From Deltaproteobacteria bacterium (GTDB lineage Bacteria > UBA10199 > JACPAL01), in NCBI GenBank assembly GCA_016180845.1, contig JACPAK010000001.1, forward strand, positions 290,565 through 354,564: DNA of 64,000 nt, read 5' to 3'. The notes beneath the pieces are model-generated. The model made no database searches, was not told the origin of the DNA, and saw nothing but the letters and a program-made list of their open reading frames with translations. Numbering within the stretch: position 1 is the first letter of the stretch; the number at the start of each line of letters is the position of its first letter. Of this stretch, positions 28,918-37,722 are shown one piece after another. Both the position numbers and the translations under genes were made by a program.

Positions 28918-31446
28918 TCAAACCCTCATCGGATTTGGTTTTTCAGGATCAAGACCAAATTCCTTGATCGCTGTTTGGACTGTTTGGGCAGGCACCTTCC
29001 CCTGCCGCATCAGTTGAGCAAAGGCAGTCACCACAATCGACTCGGCATCCACCTCAAAAAATCGTCGGAGATCGGAACGTGATTCACTACGCCCCAAGCC
29101 ATCGGTCCCCAATGTGACGAGACCCGGAATCCAACGCGCAATTTGATCGGGAACCGCACAAACCCAATCAGAAACAGCGACAACAGGGCCATCAGGTACC
29201 CCTAATGTTTTTTGAATCCAAGGAACCTTCGGATTTTCCATCGGATGCAGCCGATTCCAGCGTTCCACCTCCAACGCCTCACGCCGAAGCTCACTATAGC
29301 TCGTGACATTCCAAACCTCCGCAGCAACTTTAAATTGTTCCTCCAAGATTTTTTTAGCCTTTAAAACTTCCTGCAAGATCGAACCGCTTCCCAAAAGGTT
29401 GACGGTGAGGTCCCCTTTTTTTCGTTCGGACTTTGAGAAGCAATAGATTCCTTTGATAATCCCTTCTTCAGCCCCCTCCGGCATCCGTGGCATCGCGTAA
29501 TTTTCGTTCTGAAGCGTGAGGTAATACATCAGCTCTTCCCCTCGTTCGTACATCTCCCGAATCCCTTCTCGAATGAGGATCAAAATCTCATAGGCGAACG
29601 CCGGTTCATAACTCTTCACCCTCGGATAGACACTTGAAAAAAGATGACTGTGACCATCCTCGTGCTGAAGTCCCTCGCCAGACAGGGTGGTCCGGCCCGC
29701 CGTAGCCCCCAGAAGAAACCCACGACAACGCTGATCCTGCAAGGCCCAGATCAGGTCACCGACACGCTGAAAACCAAACATCGAATAATAGATGTAAAAA
29801 GGGATTGTTGTGACACCATGGGTCGCCTCCGAACTCCCTGCCGCCGCAAAAGAGGATATCGCCCCCGCCTCCGTCAATCCCTCCTCAATTAACTGCCCAT
29901 CCTTCGCCTCTCGATAATAAAGAATCATCTTCGCATCGACCGGCTCATAAAGCTGACCAATCGCCGAATAAATTCCGACCTGACGGAAAAGTGGCTCCAT
30001 CCCGAACGTCCTCGCCTCATCGGGCAGAATCGGGACAATCAATTTCCCAAGCCGGGGATGTCTCAAAAGCTTCGAAAGGAAAGAAACAAAGGCCATTGTC
30101 GTCGAGACCTCACGCCCTTCACCGGTCCCTTCCAAAAACTCCTTGAACTCCGAGAGCGAGAAAGGGACCACCGGCGTCTTTCGGTCTCTCCTTTTGGGAA
30201 TAAAACCGCCGAGCCGATGACGCCTCTCCGTGAGATACTGCATCTCCTCACTCTCCGGAGAAGGCTTATAAAAGGGGGCGCTTTTCAAGATCTTGTCCGA
30301 AATCGGGATATTAAAACGGTCTCGAAATTGACGGAGCTCCTGTTCATTCAGTTTTTTTTGTTGGTGGGTGATATTCCGTCCTTCACCCCCCTCACCGAGA
30401 CCGTATCCCTTGATCGTTTTTGCGAGGACCATGGTAGGACCTCCTCGGTGTTCTACCGCCGCCTTATAAGCAGCATGGATTTTCTGTGAATCATGCCCAC
30501 CACGCCCCAGTTTCCGGATTTGATCATCGGTCAGGTGTTCGACAATTCTTGAAAGCTCAGGTCTCGTCCCGAAGAAATGTTGTCGCGTGTAGCTCCCAGG
30601 CTCCACCACATACTTCTGATAATCCCCATCCACCGCCTCTCCCATCCGTTCCACGAGATACCCTTCCGTATCCGCCGCCAGAAGCGGATCCCAGTCACGT
30701 CCCCAGATCACCTTGATCACATTCCATCCCGCCCCCCGAAAGATCGACTCGAGTTCCTGAATAATTTTCCCATTCCCACGGACCGGACCATCGAGCCTCT
30801 GAAGATTGCAATTGACGACAAAAATCAGATTATCGAGCCCCTCCCGCGAGGCGACGGTGATCGATCCCATCGATTCCGGCTCATCCATCTCGCCATCCCC
30901 GACAAACGCCCAAACCTTCTGTTCGCTCGTATCCTTGAGTCCTCGATCATGAAGATACCGATTGAAACGCGCCTGATAGATCGCCTGAATCGGCGAGAGA
31001 CCCATCGAGACGGTCGGGAATTCCCAGAAATCAGGCATGAGCCAAGGGTGGGGATAGGAAGGAAGTCCACCCCCTTTTTGTAATTCACGGCGGAAATTCT
31101 CCATCTGTCCTTCACGGATCCGCCCCTCAAGATACGCACGCGCATAAATTCCCGGCGAGGCATGCCCTTGGAAAAAAACCTGGTCCCCATCACCCGGTTT
31201 GTCGTGACCCCTCAAAAAATGATGAAACGCAACCTCATAGAGATTTGCGCAAGAAGCGTAAGTCGAGATGTGACCGCCAATCCCCGGTTCACGAGTATTG
31301 GCACGAACCACCATTGCCATCGCATTCCAGCGAATAATGCTTCGGATCCTCTGCTCAATCTTCTCATCACCAGGATAGGGAGGCTGCTTCTCAACAGGGA
31401 TCGTGTTGACGTAATGGGTCTCAAATGGAAATCGAACTCGTTTCAT
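28918..31446 (-). CDS. aceE: pyruvate dehydrogenase E1 component, homodimeric type
   Basis: 842 aa colinear with AceE-type E1 (ThDP-binding GDG...NCN block, transketolase-like C-terminal half); no E2/E3 genes adjacent. Confidence 0.85.
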   Translation of the reverse strand: MKRVRFPFETHYVNTIPVEKQPPYPGDEKIEQRIRSIIRWNAMAMVVRANTREPGIGGHISTYASCANLYEVAFHHFLRGHDKPGDGDQVFFQGHASPGIYARAYLEGRIREGQMENFRRELQKGGGLPSYPHPWLMPDFWEFPTVSMGLSPIQAIYQARFNRYLHDRGLKDTSEQKVWAFVGDGEMDEPESMGSITVASREGLDNLIFVVNCNLQRLDGPVRGNGKIIQELESIFRGAGWNVIKVIWGRDWDPLLAADTEGYLVERMGEAVDGDYQKYVVEPGSYTRQHFFGTRPELSRIVEHLTDDQIRKLGRGGHDSQKIHAAYKAAVEHRGGPTMVLAKTIKGYGLGEGGEGRNITHQQKKLNEQELRQFRDRFNIPISDKILKSAPFYKPSPESEEMQYLTERRHRLGGFIPKRRDRKTPVVPFSLSEFKEFLEGTGEGREVSTTMAFVSFLSKLLRHPRLGKLIVPILPDEARTFGMEPLFRQVGIYSAIGQLYEPVDAKMILYYREAKDGQLIEEGLTEAGAISSFAAAGSSEATHGVTTIPFYIYYSMFGFQRVGDLIWALQDQRCRGFLLGATAGRTTLSGEGLQHEDGHSHLFSSVYPRVKSYEPAFAYEILILIREGIREMYERGEELMYYLTLQNENYAMPRMPEGAEEGIIKGIYCFSKSERKKGDLTVNLLGSGSILQEVLKAKKILEEQFKVAAEVWNVTSYSELRREALEVERWNRLHPMENPKVPWIQKTLGVPDGPVVAVSDWVCAVPDQIARWIPGLVTLGTDGLGRSESRSDLRRFFEVDAESIVVTAFAQLMRQGKVPAQTVQTAIKEFGLDPEKPNPMRV

Positions 31447-31571
31447 AAACGATGACTCCCTAACATTAGAAAAACGAAAGAGACAAGAATCCTCTTCTTT
31501 TTACCTTGCTCTTTCTTTGCCACTCCACTAAATGCACCGCGTAAATTGGGGGGAAATAAAAAGGAGAAAAC

Positions 31572-32429
31572 ATGGCCCACGATGATGAAATCTTCGACTT
31601 AAAAAGCTTTACGGGACGACTGGCGACCCCTCGAGGGAAAAGTCTTATCTGGATTGCCGGTTTTATCTTCTTTTTCTTCCTTCTTTCCAAGATGATCACC
31701 GTGATCCCAGCAGGTCATATCGGTGTTAAGGATTTCTTTGGCAAAGTTTCAGACAAAACCCTCCAGGCCGGGATCCATCTCGTAAATCCATTCCTCAAGA
31801 TTCACAAGATGTCGGTACGAACCCAGGAGATTACCGAGGAAGCGACTGTCCCCTCGCGTGAGGGGCTTAGCGTCCGACTCGATGTTTCGCTCCTTTTTAA
31901 CCTGGATCGCGAGAAGGCGGCCGATGTGTATAAGACGCTGGGTCTTGATTACACACGGATCGTCGTGATCCCACAGTTGCGCTCTATCGTCCGAGGTGTA
32001 ACGGCAAGCTACGATGCGAAGGCGCTCTACACCACAGAGAGGGAAAGTATTTCGACAGAGATGTACAATAATCTGCAACCAATCCTGTCAGAGCGTGGAG
32101 TGAATGTTGAGAAGGTCCTCCTTCGGAGTGTCACACTCCCCGATATCCTCGCCACCGCGATCCAGAAGAAACTCGAGGCTGAGCAACAGGCCGAGCAGAT
32201 GAAATTCGTCTTGAATAAAGAAGAGCAAGAGGCGGAGCGAAAAAGGGTCGAGGCGAAGGGGATTGCCGATTTTCAGAGAATCGTCACGAGTGGCCTGACC
32301 CCCGAGTTTATCCGCTGGAAGGGGATCGAGGCGACCGCCAAACTGGCCGATAGCCATAACACCAAAGTAGTTGTCATCGGTGGTGGCAAAGACGGTCTGC
32401 CGATTATTCTGGGTGGGCAGGATAAGTAA
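31572..32429 (+). CDS. SPFH/band-7 (prohibitin-like) membrane protein
   Basis: N-terminal TM then SPFH domain; AAAGGAG RBS. Confidence 0.75.
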   Translation: MAHDDEIFDLKSFTGRLATPRGKSLIWIAGFIFFFFLLSKMITVIPAGHIGVKDFFGKVSDKTLQAGIHLVNPFLKIHKMSVRTQEITEEATVPSREGLSVRLDVSLLFNLDREKAADVYKTLGLDYTRIVVIPQLRSIVRGVTASYDAKALYTTERESISTEMYNNLQPILSERGVNVEKVLLRSVTLPDILATAIQKKLEAEQQAEQMKFVLNKEEQEAERKRVEAKGIADFQRIVTSGLTPEFIRWKGIEATAKLADSHNTKVVVIGGGKDGLPIILGGQDK

Positions 32430-32500
32430 CGTTTTTTCTTCTTGTCCTCTCCGATCAAAAAAGTTAGCTCTGAGCTCCTAATTAACAAAGGGGGTTTACG

Positions 32501-32956
32501 ATGAAACAAACAATTCTTCTCATCTCTCTTTTCGCACTCTTAACTGCCTGTTCGAAGGCAAAGCAACCTGCGGAATCTCAATCCACTCAATCAACACAGG
32601 AGGCGGTCGTGGCGAATGAACAATCAACTCCTACCGGGCTTAAATATGTGATCCTTAAAGAAGGAGCCGGAGCTAATCCACAACGAGGACAGATGGTGAC
32701 GGTCCACTACACAGGCTGGCTCACCGACGGGACGAAGTTCGACAGCTCCGTCGACCGAGGGACACCCTTTCAGTTTCAGGTCGGTGTGGGACAGGTGATC
32801 CCAGGTTGGGACGAGGGAGTCGCCATGATGAAGGTGGGCGAAAAGCGGAAGCTGATTATCCCACCCCAGTTAGGATATGGCGAGCAGGGGGCGGGTGGTG
32901 TGATCCCACCGAATGCCACCCTTGTGTTTGAAGTCGAACTCCTTGAAGCCTCCTAA
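32501..32956 (+). CDS. FKBP-type peptidyl-prolyl cis-trans isomerase (lipoprotein)
   Basis: Lipobox LLTACS; FKBP core [14 protein letters not shown]...GWDEGV...LVFEVELL. Confidence 0.85.
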   Translation: MKQTILLISLFALLTACSKAKQPAESQSTQSTQEAVVANEQSTPTGLKYVILKEGAGANPQRGQMVTVHYTGWLTDGTKFDSSVDRGTPFQFQVGVGQVIPGWDEGVAMMKVGEKRKLIIPPQLGYGEQGAGGVIPPNATLVFEVELLEAS

Positions 32957-32990
32957 ATCCCCCCTCCCCCCCTTTGTTAAAGGGGGGAGA
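32957..32990 (+). promoter_or_regulatory. G/C-clamp hairpin C7-TTTGTTAAAG-G6 covering the NUDIX ribosome-binding site
   Basis: ATCCCCCCTCCCCCCCTTTGTTAAAGGGGGGAGAGAAATG; G-run (SD) pairs with C-run; same loop sequence as element at 60432..60470. Confidence 0.5.
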
Positions 32991-32993
32991 GAA

Positions 32994-33368
32994 ATGATCG
33001 AGGCGGTCGCTGCTGTTATCAAGGGCAACGACCAGTTTCTCATCACGAAGCGTCTCGAGAATTCACCGATGGGTCACTGTTGGGAATTTCCGGGTGGCAA
33101 GATCGAGCCCGGTGAAACAATCGAAGAGTGCATTATCCGCGAATGTCAGGAGGAGATCGACGTCACAGTCACCCCCCTGAAGCGTCTTCAAGACGAGTGG
33201 TACGATTATCCCCATGGCCGCGTTCATTTGCACTTTGTCTTGTGTGAAATCACCGATGGGACACCGAAACCTATCCAGTGCCGTGAAATCCGATGGATTA
33301 AGCCGGATGAGTTCCCCAACTACGAATTCCCGCCGGCTGATGTGGGGGTAATTAAGGCTTTAATATGA
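32994..33368 (+). CDS. NUDIX hydrolase (MutT-like)
   Basis: Nudix box GGKIEPGETIEECIIRECQEEIDV; ORF-track start at 32913 trimmed to ATG after hairpin. Confidence 0.8.
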   Translation: MIEAVAAVIKGNDQFLITKRLENSPMGHCWEFPGGKIEPGETIEECIIRECQEEIDVTVTPLKRLQDEWYDYPHGRVHLHFVLCEITDGTPKPIQCREIRWIKPDEFPNYEFPPADVGVIKALI

Positions 33369-33802
33369 AATTTCCCGTAACCACTGAAGTAACGATATTT
33401 TTTTCCGACTGTGACCCAATGGGTCACTGCAACAATGCCCGATTCTTCTCCTTCATGGAGCATGCACGTGTACAGTATTACAAGAAACTGAAGGCGCTCG
33501 ACCTCCGAACCATGAATGCCCAAACCGCCTTTGGTTTCATCGTGGCCGAGGCGACCTGCAGCTTTAAATCTCCGGCGACTATCGATGAGACGCTTGTCGT
33601 GGGGGCGAGAATTGCGGAGATCGGTAATAAAAGTTTTCAATTTGAATATGAAATCCGTGAGAAAAAAACAGGCCGACTCGTTGCCACGGCGCGAACAGTT
33701 CAGGTGATGTTTAATTACAAAAAACAGAAGAGCTTTCCCGTACCCCTCTTGCTGCTTAAAAAGATTGAAAACCTTGAAGGACGAAAATTTAAACCTGATT
33801 GA
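33365..33802 (+). CDS. acyl-CoA thioesterase, YbgC/4HBT family
   Basis: FFSDCDPMGHCNNARFFSFMEHAR hotdog-fold catalytic region. Confidence 0.7.
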   Translation: MKFPVTTEVTIFFSDCDPMGHCNNARFFSFMEHARVQYYKKLKALDLRTMNAQTAFGFIVAEATCSFKSPATIDETLVVGARIAEIGNKSFQFEYEIREKKTGRLVATARTVQVMFNYKKQKSFPVPLLLLKKIENLEGRKFKPD

Positions 33803-34937
33803 AAAAACCTACCGCCAACTCATCTCCGAGGGAAAAGAGATCCGGAAACTTTTCTCCGGGAATCCCAATGAGCAAGGGATCCGTTTTCCTTCAGGACCTT
33901 TGAAAAAAAGTTATGAGAACTATTTTAACCATCAGGATTATCGACCCGATCCGAAGGGACTCTTGGTCGCCCGAGAGACGATCCAAAAATATTATGCAAA
34001 AAACGGCGCCTCTCTGCAGAAAGAAAATATCCTGCTGACCTCCGGAACGAGCGAGTCTTTTTTTTATCTCTTTTCCCTTTTGGCAAAACCAGGCGACAAC
34101 ATTCTCACACCGAACCCCTCTTATCCCCTTTTTGATCATATTGCCAAACTTGCCGGTGTTGAACTTCGCCAATACTCCCTCGATGAGGAGAAAAACTGGT
34201 CAATCGACATGCAAGATCTCCAGGGAAAAACCGATCACAGGACAAGAGGAATTGTCCTGATCTCCCCCCATAATCCAACAGGGGCTGTCCTCCGTCGCGA
34301 AGAGCTCCTCGCCATCACTGAATGGGCCAATAAAAACGAGATCCCGCTCATTTGCGATGAGGTCTTTTCCGAATTTTATTTTGAAAAAGGAAAATTTCCT
34401 CGCGCGATGGTGGAGAGCTCTCCAAGACTCTGCTTCACACTGAACGGCATCTCGAAGATGTTTGCCCTCCCTGCCTTAAAATTGGGTTGGATTGCTGTCA
34501 CCGGCGAGGAATCCAGGGTCCGCCCGATGGTGGATCACCTGGAAACCACGGCGGATACCTTTCTCTCTGTCCATATCCCTGTTCAAGAGACCCTTCCCTC
34601 ACTTTTCAGAGAAGGAGAGTCCTTTCTTCAAGAATATCATGCGGAGGTTCATCGTCGTCGCGAGAGGGCAATAGGCACTCTTCGTCGATTCTCCACGATC
34701 CGATTTGTCGAACCTGCTGGCGGTTTCTATCTCATGGCAAAAATTCAAAAATCGGTCGGTCTCACAGAAGAAGAGTTTGTGATCCGTCTCATGAAGGAAA
34801 AAAAGGTCTTCGTGCATCCGGGGTATTTCTATGATTATGAAAAAGGGATCCACTTCGTGATTTCCTTCTTGACAAAAGAGGAGGAACTTGAGGAGGGACT
34901 CCAGGCGGTCGGTGATTTTATTTCGCGCCTCGGATGA
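33765..34937 (+). CDS. PLP-dependent aminotransferase, class I/II
   Basis: Fold-type I aminotransferase blocks (LTSGTSESF, NPSYP, SPHNPTGAV, SKMFALPALKLGW with Lys); start is TTG, true start uncertain (33765-33800). Confidence 0.8.
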   Translation: MKTLKDENLNLIEKTYRQLISEGKEIRKLFSGNPNEQGIRFPSGPLKKSYENYFNHQDYRPDPKGLLVARETIQKYYAKNGASLQKENILLTSGTSESFFYLFSLLAKPGDNILTPNPSYPLFDHIAKLAGVELRQYSLDEEKNWSIDMQDLQGKTDHRTRGIVLISPHNPTGAVLRREELLAITEWANKNEIPLICDEVFSEFYFEKGKFPRAMVESSPRLCFTLNGISKMFALPALKLGWIAVTGEESRVRPMVDHLETTADTFLSVHIPVQETLPSLFREGESFLQEYHAEVHRRRERAIGTLRRFSTIRFVEPAGGFYLMAKIQKSVGLTEEEFVIRLMKEKKVFVHPGYFYDYEKGIHFVISFLTKEEELEEGLQAVGDFISRLG

Positions 34938-34970
34938 CATCACACCCTTCTTCCTGTATAATCCGGAACG

Positions 34971-35795
34971 ATGAATCCTCAAACCCTGGAAGATCTCTCG
35001 ACACTGAATATCGAACAGTACTCCCTCGACCGCATTGTCCTCCTCGTCGCGCGTGAAAAATATCCCGAACTAAAACTGGAACAATATTTCGAGAGGTTAG
35101 ATGAGTTTGCAAAACGAGCTGAGCTTCATGTCAAAAATGTTCAAGGGGGTCGTCAGATCGTAGAGGCACTGAATTCCTACCTTTTCACCGACGAGGGGTT
35201 TCGCGGAAACAGCTCCGACTACTACAACCCTTCGAATAGTTTCTTTAATGACGTCCTGGATCGGAGGATGGGGATTCCTCTCACGCTTTCCGTCCTTTAT
35301 GTCGAGATCGGAAGGCGCCTCGGTATCCCGGTCAGTGTTGTCGGTTTCCCGGGGCATGCCCTGGTTCGTTACGAAGATGGTCGTGAGACCTTTTTCCTCG
35401 ACCCCTTTTATGGAGGCAAGATCCTGACAGAAGAACATTGCAAGACAATGCTTTCAGAGATGTATGGGGATCAGCTCCCCTTTCGGTCCGAATACCTGAG
35501 GCCCGCGACCCATCGCGAAATTCTCACCCGAATGCTTTCGAATCTAAAAATCATCTACATGTCGAAAAAGGAATTTGAGATGGCGCTGAATATCCTGAAC
35601 AAGATGCTCCTGTTCAACCCCCTCGCCGCTGATTCGATCAAAGAACGGGGAATGGTTCACTATCAGTTGGAATGTTATTCCTCAGCCCTGAAAGATTTTG
35701 AGAGCTACCTCGTACGCGAACCGACCGCCCCTGATCGATCGTTTATTGAAGAATGTATCGCGGAACTCCGACCGAAGGTCGATCAGATGCATTAA
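34971..35795 (+). CDS. transglutaminase-like/TPR protein (SirB1/UPF0162 family)
   Basis: N-terminal transglutaminase-like core (RMGIPLTLSVLYVEIGRRLGIPV...GFPGHALV) plus C-terminal TPR. Confidence 0.6.
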   Translation: MNPQTLEDLSTLNIEQYSLDRIVLLVAREKYPELKLEQYFERLDEFAKRAELHVKNVQGGRQIVEALNSYLFTDEGFRGNSSDYYNPSNSFFNDVLDRRMGIPLTLSVLYVEIGRRLGIPVSVVGFPGHALVRYEDGRETFFLDPFYGGKILTEEHCKTMLSEMYGDQLPFRSEYLRPATHREILTRMLSNLKIIYMSKKEFEMALNILNKMLLFNPLAADSIKERGMVHYQLECYSSALKDFESYLVREPTAPDRSFIEECIAELRPKVDQMH

Positions 35796-36166
35796 CTCTT
35801 CCCCTTGAGTTGTGAATAGTCGACGACTTCAGCGTCTGTGGAGGAAGGGGGTTTCCCGGAGACAATCTGCTCCCTCACCTTCTTCACATCCTCCGGTTTC
35901 AGATGGGACGGTTGTCCGAGCGCCCCCATCACCTCATTCGTCATCCGCGCAAGGATTCGATTGTGGATCGTCCCTTCCCCGTCCGGATCCGCCTCGAGGA
36001 ATCTATCGATCTTTTCCGTCGAAACCCCCGTCTCAAGAAGGAAATCCAAGAACTGGCGAAACCCAAAAGAGGAGGGGAGCTGGTTCACCGCCTCGACTAA
36101 TTTCAGGCAATCAGGGCAAGTTCTCTTAAAAAAACCGGCCTTTTCATGACAGTAAACACAACGCAT
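35792..36166 (-). CDS. hypothetical zinc-ribbon protein
   Basis: CVYCH...CPDC pair; start ambiguous (TTG at 36190 or ATG at 36166). Confidence 0.3.
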   Translation of the reverse strand: MRCVYCHEKAGFFKRTCPDCLKLVEAVNQLPSSFGFRQFLDFLLETGVSTEKIDRFLEADPDGEGTIHNRILARMTNEVMGALGQPSHLKPEDVKKVREQIVSGKPPSSTDAEVVDYSQLKGKS

Positions 36167-36175
36167 ACGCAATTT

Positions 36176-36616
36176 ATGATCCCAACCCAAAAAGTTCGCA
36201 ACTTCTTTCCTGATTCAGCGAAGTTACGATCGACTGACGCACCCCTTAGGGAGGAACTCTTGTCGGAAAAAAGAAAGTACCCGCGAAGAGAGGTCCTGTC
36301 TGGATCAGCGCTTAATGCAAAGTTGGTTTTAACGGGCGGTTCGCTCCTCAGCACCACCCCCCGATCGATTGAAATCGATGCCCAACCCCTAAATATCAGC
36401 CAGGGAGGGATCGGACTCCTCTTGAAGCTTGATGTCCCGTGGGAGACCTTGACCCCACAGAAAGAGGTCGCCCTGCATCTCAATATGGGGAACCAGATCT
36501 GGCGTCTTCTGGCAAAGGTGGTCCATCATGCGAGGGACCATCGGACGATCGGTCTGGAATTTACCCAGCCACTTCCCAGTCTGACACCGTTCCTCACACC
36601 GGCAGAGTTGCAATAA
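36176..36616 (+). CDS. PilZ-domain protein (c-di-GMP binding)
   Basis: RKYPRREV ... NISQGGIGLL PilZ motifs; start ambiguous (36146 or 36176). Confidence 0.6.
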   Translation: MIPTQKVRNFFPDSAKLRSTDAPLREELLSEKRKYPRREVLSGSALNAKLVLTGGSLLSTTPRSIEIDAQPLNISQGGIGLLLKLDVPWETLTPQKEVALHLNMGNQIWRLLAKVVHHARDHRTIGLEFTQPLPSLTPFLTPAELQ

Positions 36617-36832
36617 AGTTAACCCCTCAGTTTCACCCTTTCCGGACCCTGCGGAACTCGCCCGGTATGGTTCCGCAATTTTGCTCCACGCCCCCTCTGT
36701 CCACCTCCGGTGGACATCTCCCCCGACAAGCGGGGGAGTCCGGTCCAAGGCTTCCCGCCGCAAAATTGCTCTTCTTAAAGGTGGGCCTCAAACAGGTCCT
36801 CGGGTCCTTCAAGGGTTAAACTGAGGGGTTAT
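36617..36832. other. MITE-like long imperfect palindromic element (about 215 bp) with terminal inverted repeats and CAATAA flanking direct repeats
   Basis: TAACCCCTCAGTTT at 36620-36633 versus AAACTGAGGGGTTA at 36818-36831 (perfect 14-bp TIR); internal paired segments (GCAATTTTGC/GCAAAATTGC, GTCCACC-TCCG-GTGGAC); CAATAA at 36611-36616 and 36833-36838. Confidence 0.5.
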
Positions 36833-36954
36833 CAATAAATCTAAAAAGAATTTGAATGCTATCCCCCTCTTAATGTAAGAGGGGGATCCATGTTGCATTT
36901 TCAATATTTGAAGGGGGCGTTATAGTTGTATAAGGAGACTGACCATGTACAAAA

Positions 36955-37041
36955 AAACTAAGATGGCGATTCGAAAGAGAAAAAGGAAGACTAAAAAGAA
37001 GATCCGCTCGCTCCGATATCGGGGGCGGTAATTTATTGAAA
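36955..37041 (+). CDS. unannotated small ORF, 28-aa highly basic peptide MYKKTKMAIRKRKRKTKKKIRSLRYRGR
   Basis: ATG preceded by TAAGGAG with 7-nt spacer; upstream TATAGT -10-like box and a 10-bp perfect hairpin; below the 60-aa cutoff of the ORF track. Confidence 0.3.
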
Positions 37042-37079
37042 TAGCGAAACTTTTCCAAGGTAGTCTCGATAATCCCTAC

Positions 37080-37715
37080 GTGCTTTCCGCCACCCAAATC
37101 CTCCGCTCGTCATGGGAATTTGACTACAATCCCTTCAATCCATCAAACTACGAACGGGATATAACGAAACCGTTTTTGGGTGCTGCTGCTGTTGGTGCAG
37201 GAATCATTGCTGTCGTCTGTTTGAAACGCCTTGGAGTCGGGAATGCCCGCTGGAATTTCTGGGGGGGGAACTACAAGACACGTAAAGGATGGAGACTTAT
37301 TTCTCCATCATCAAGAACTGATCTTTCACAAACTCAGGTTATAGCCAGAAAAGGGGGTAACATTCTGAAAATTGTTCCAGACATGACAGTGGAGGAGGAA
37401 GCACAACTGTTAGGGAGAGGATCTTTAATCATCACCCTCAATGATAATCCTGTAGGAACACAAACTTATCGAATAGAAAGAGATTGTTTGAGGTTGTTAG
37501 ACATAGTTATCGGAGAATCTCACAATAAAGGAATTGCATCGGCTGTTACAAAATGGCTTGCCCTCCTAGCAGCACGACAAAATAAATCTTTTGGGCTCAT
37601 AAATGTTAGGAATCCTCTGATTGAGAGAATTATTGTCTCCGAAAAAATTTTTAGAGGCCCCTTTGCGAGATTACAAAATGACAGCCTCGATTTTTTGGGG
37701 ACCCCCTCTGGATAG
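37080..37715 (+). CDS. hypothetical protein, N-terminal TM, possible GNAT-like C-terminal region
   Basis: GESHNKGIASAV resembles GNAT CoA-binding loop (weak); AT-richer than surroundings. Confidence 0.3.
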   Translation: MLSATQILRSSWEFDYNPFNPSNYERDITKPFLGAAAVGAGIIAVVCLKRLGVGNARWNFWGGNYKTRKGWRLISPSSRTDLSQTQVIARKGGNILKIVPDMTVEEEAQLLGRGSLIITLNDNPVGTQTYRIERDCLRLLDIVIGESHNKGIASAVTKWLALLAARQNKSFGLINVRNPLIERIIVSEKIFRGPFARLQNDSLDFLGTPSG

Positions 37716-37722
37716 ATACTCA

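Noticed and set aside
36389-36819. ORFs 36389..36763 (-) and 36439..36819 (+) inside the MITE-like element
   Set aside because: Both are produced by the palindromic structure of the element (mutually antisense, low-complexity translation). Not considered coding.
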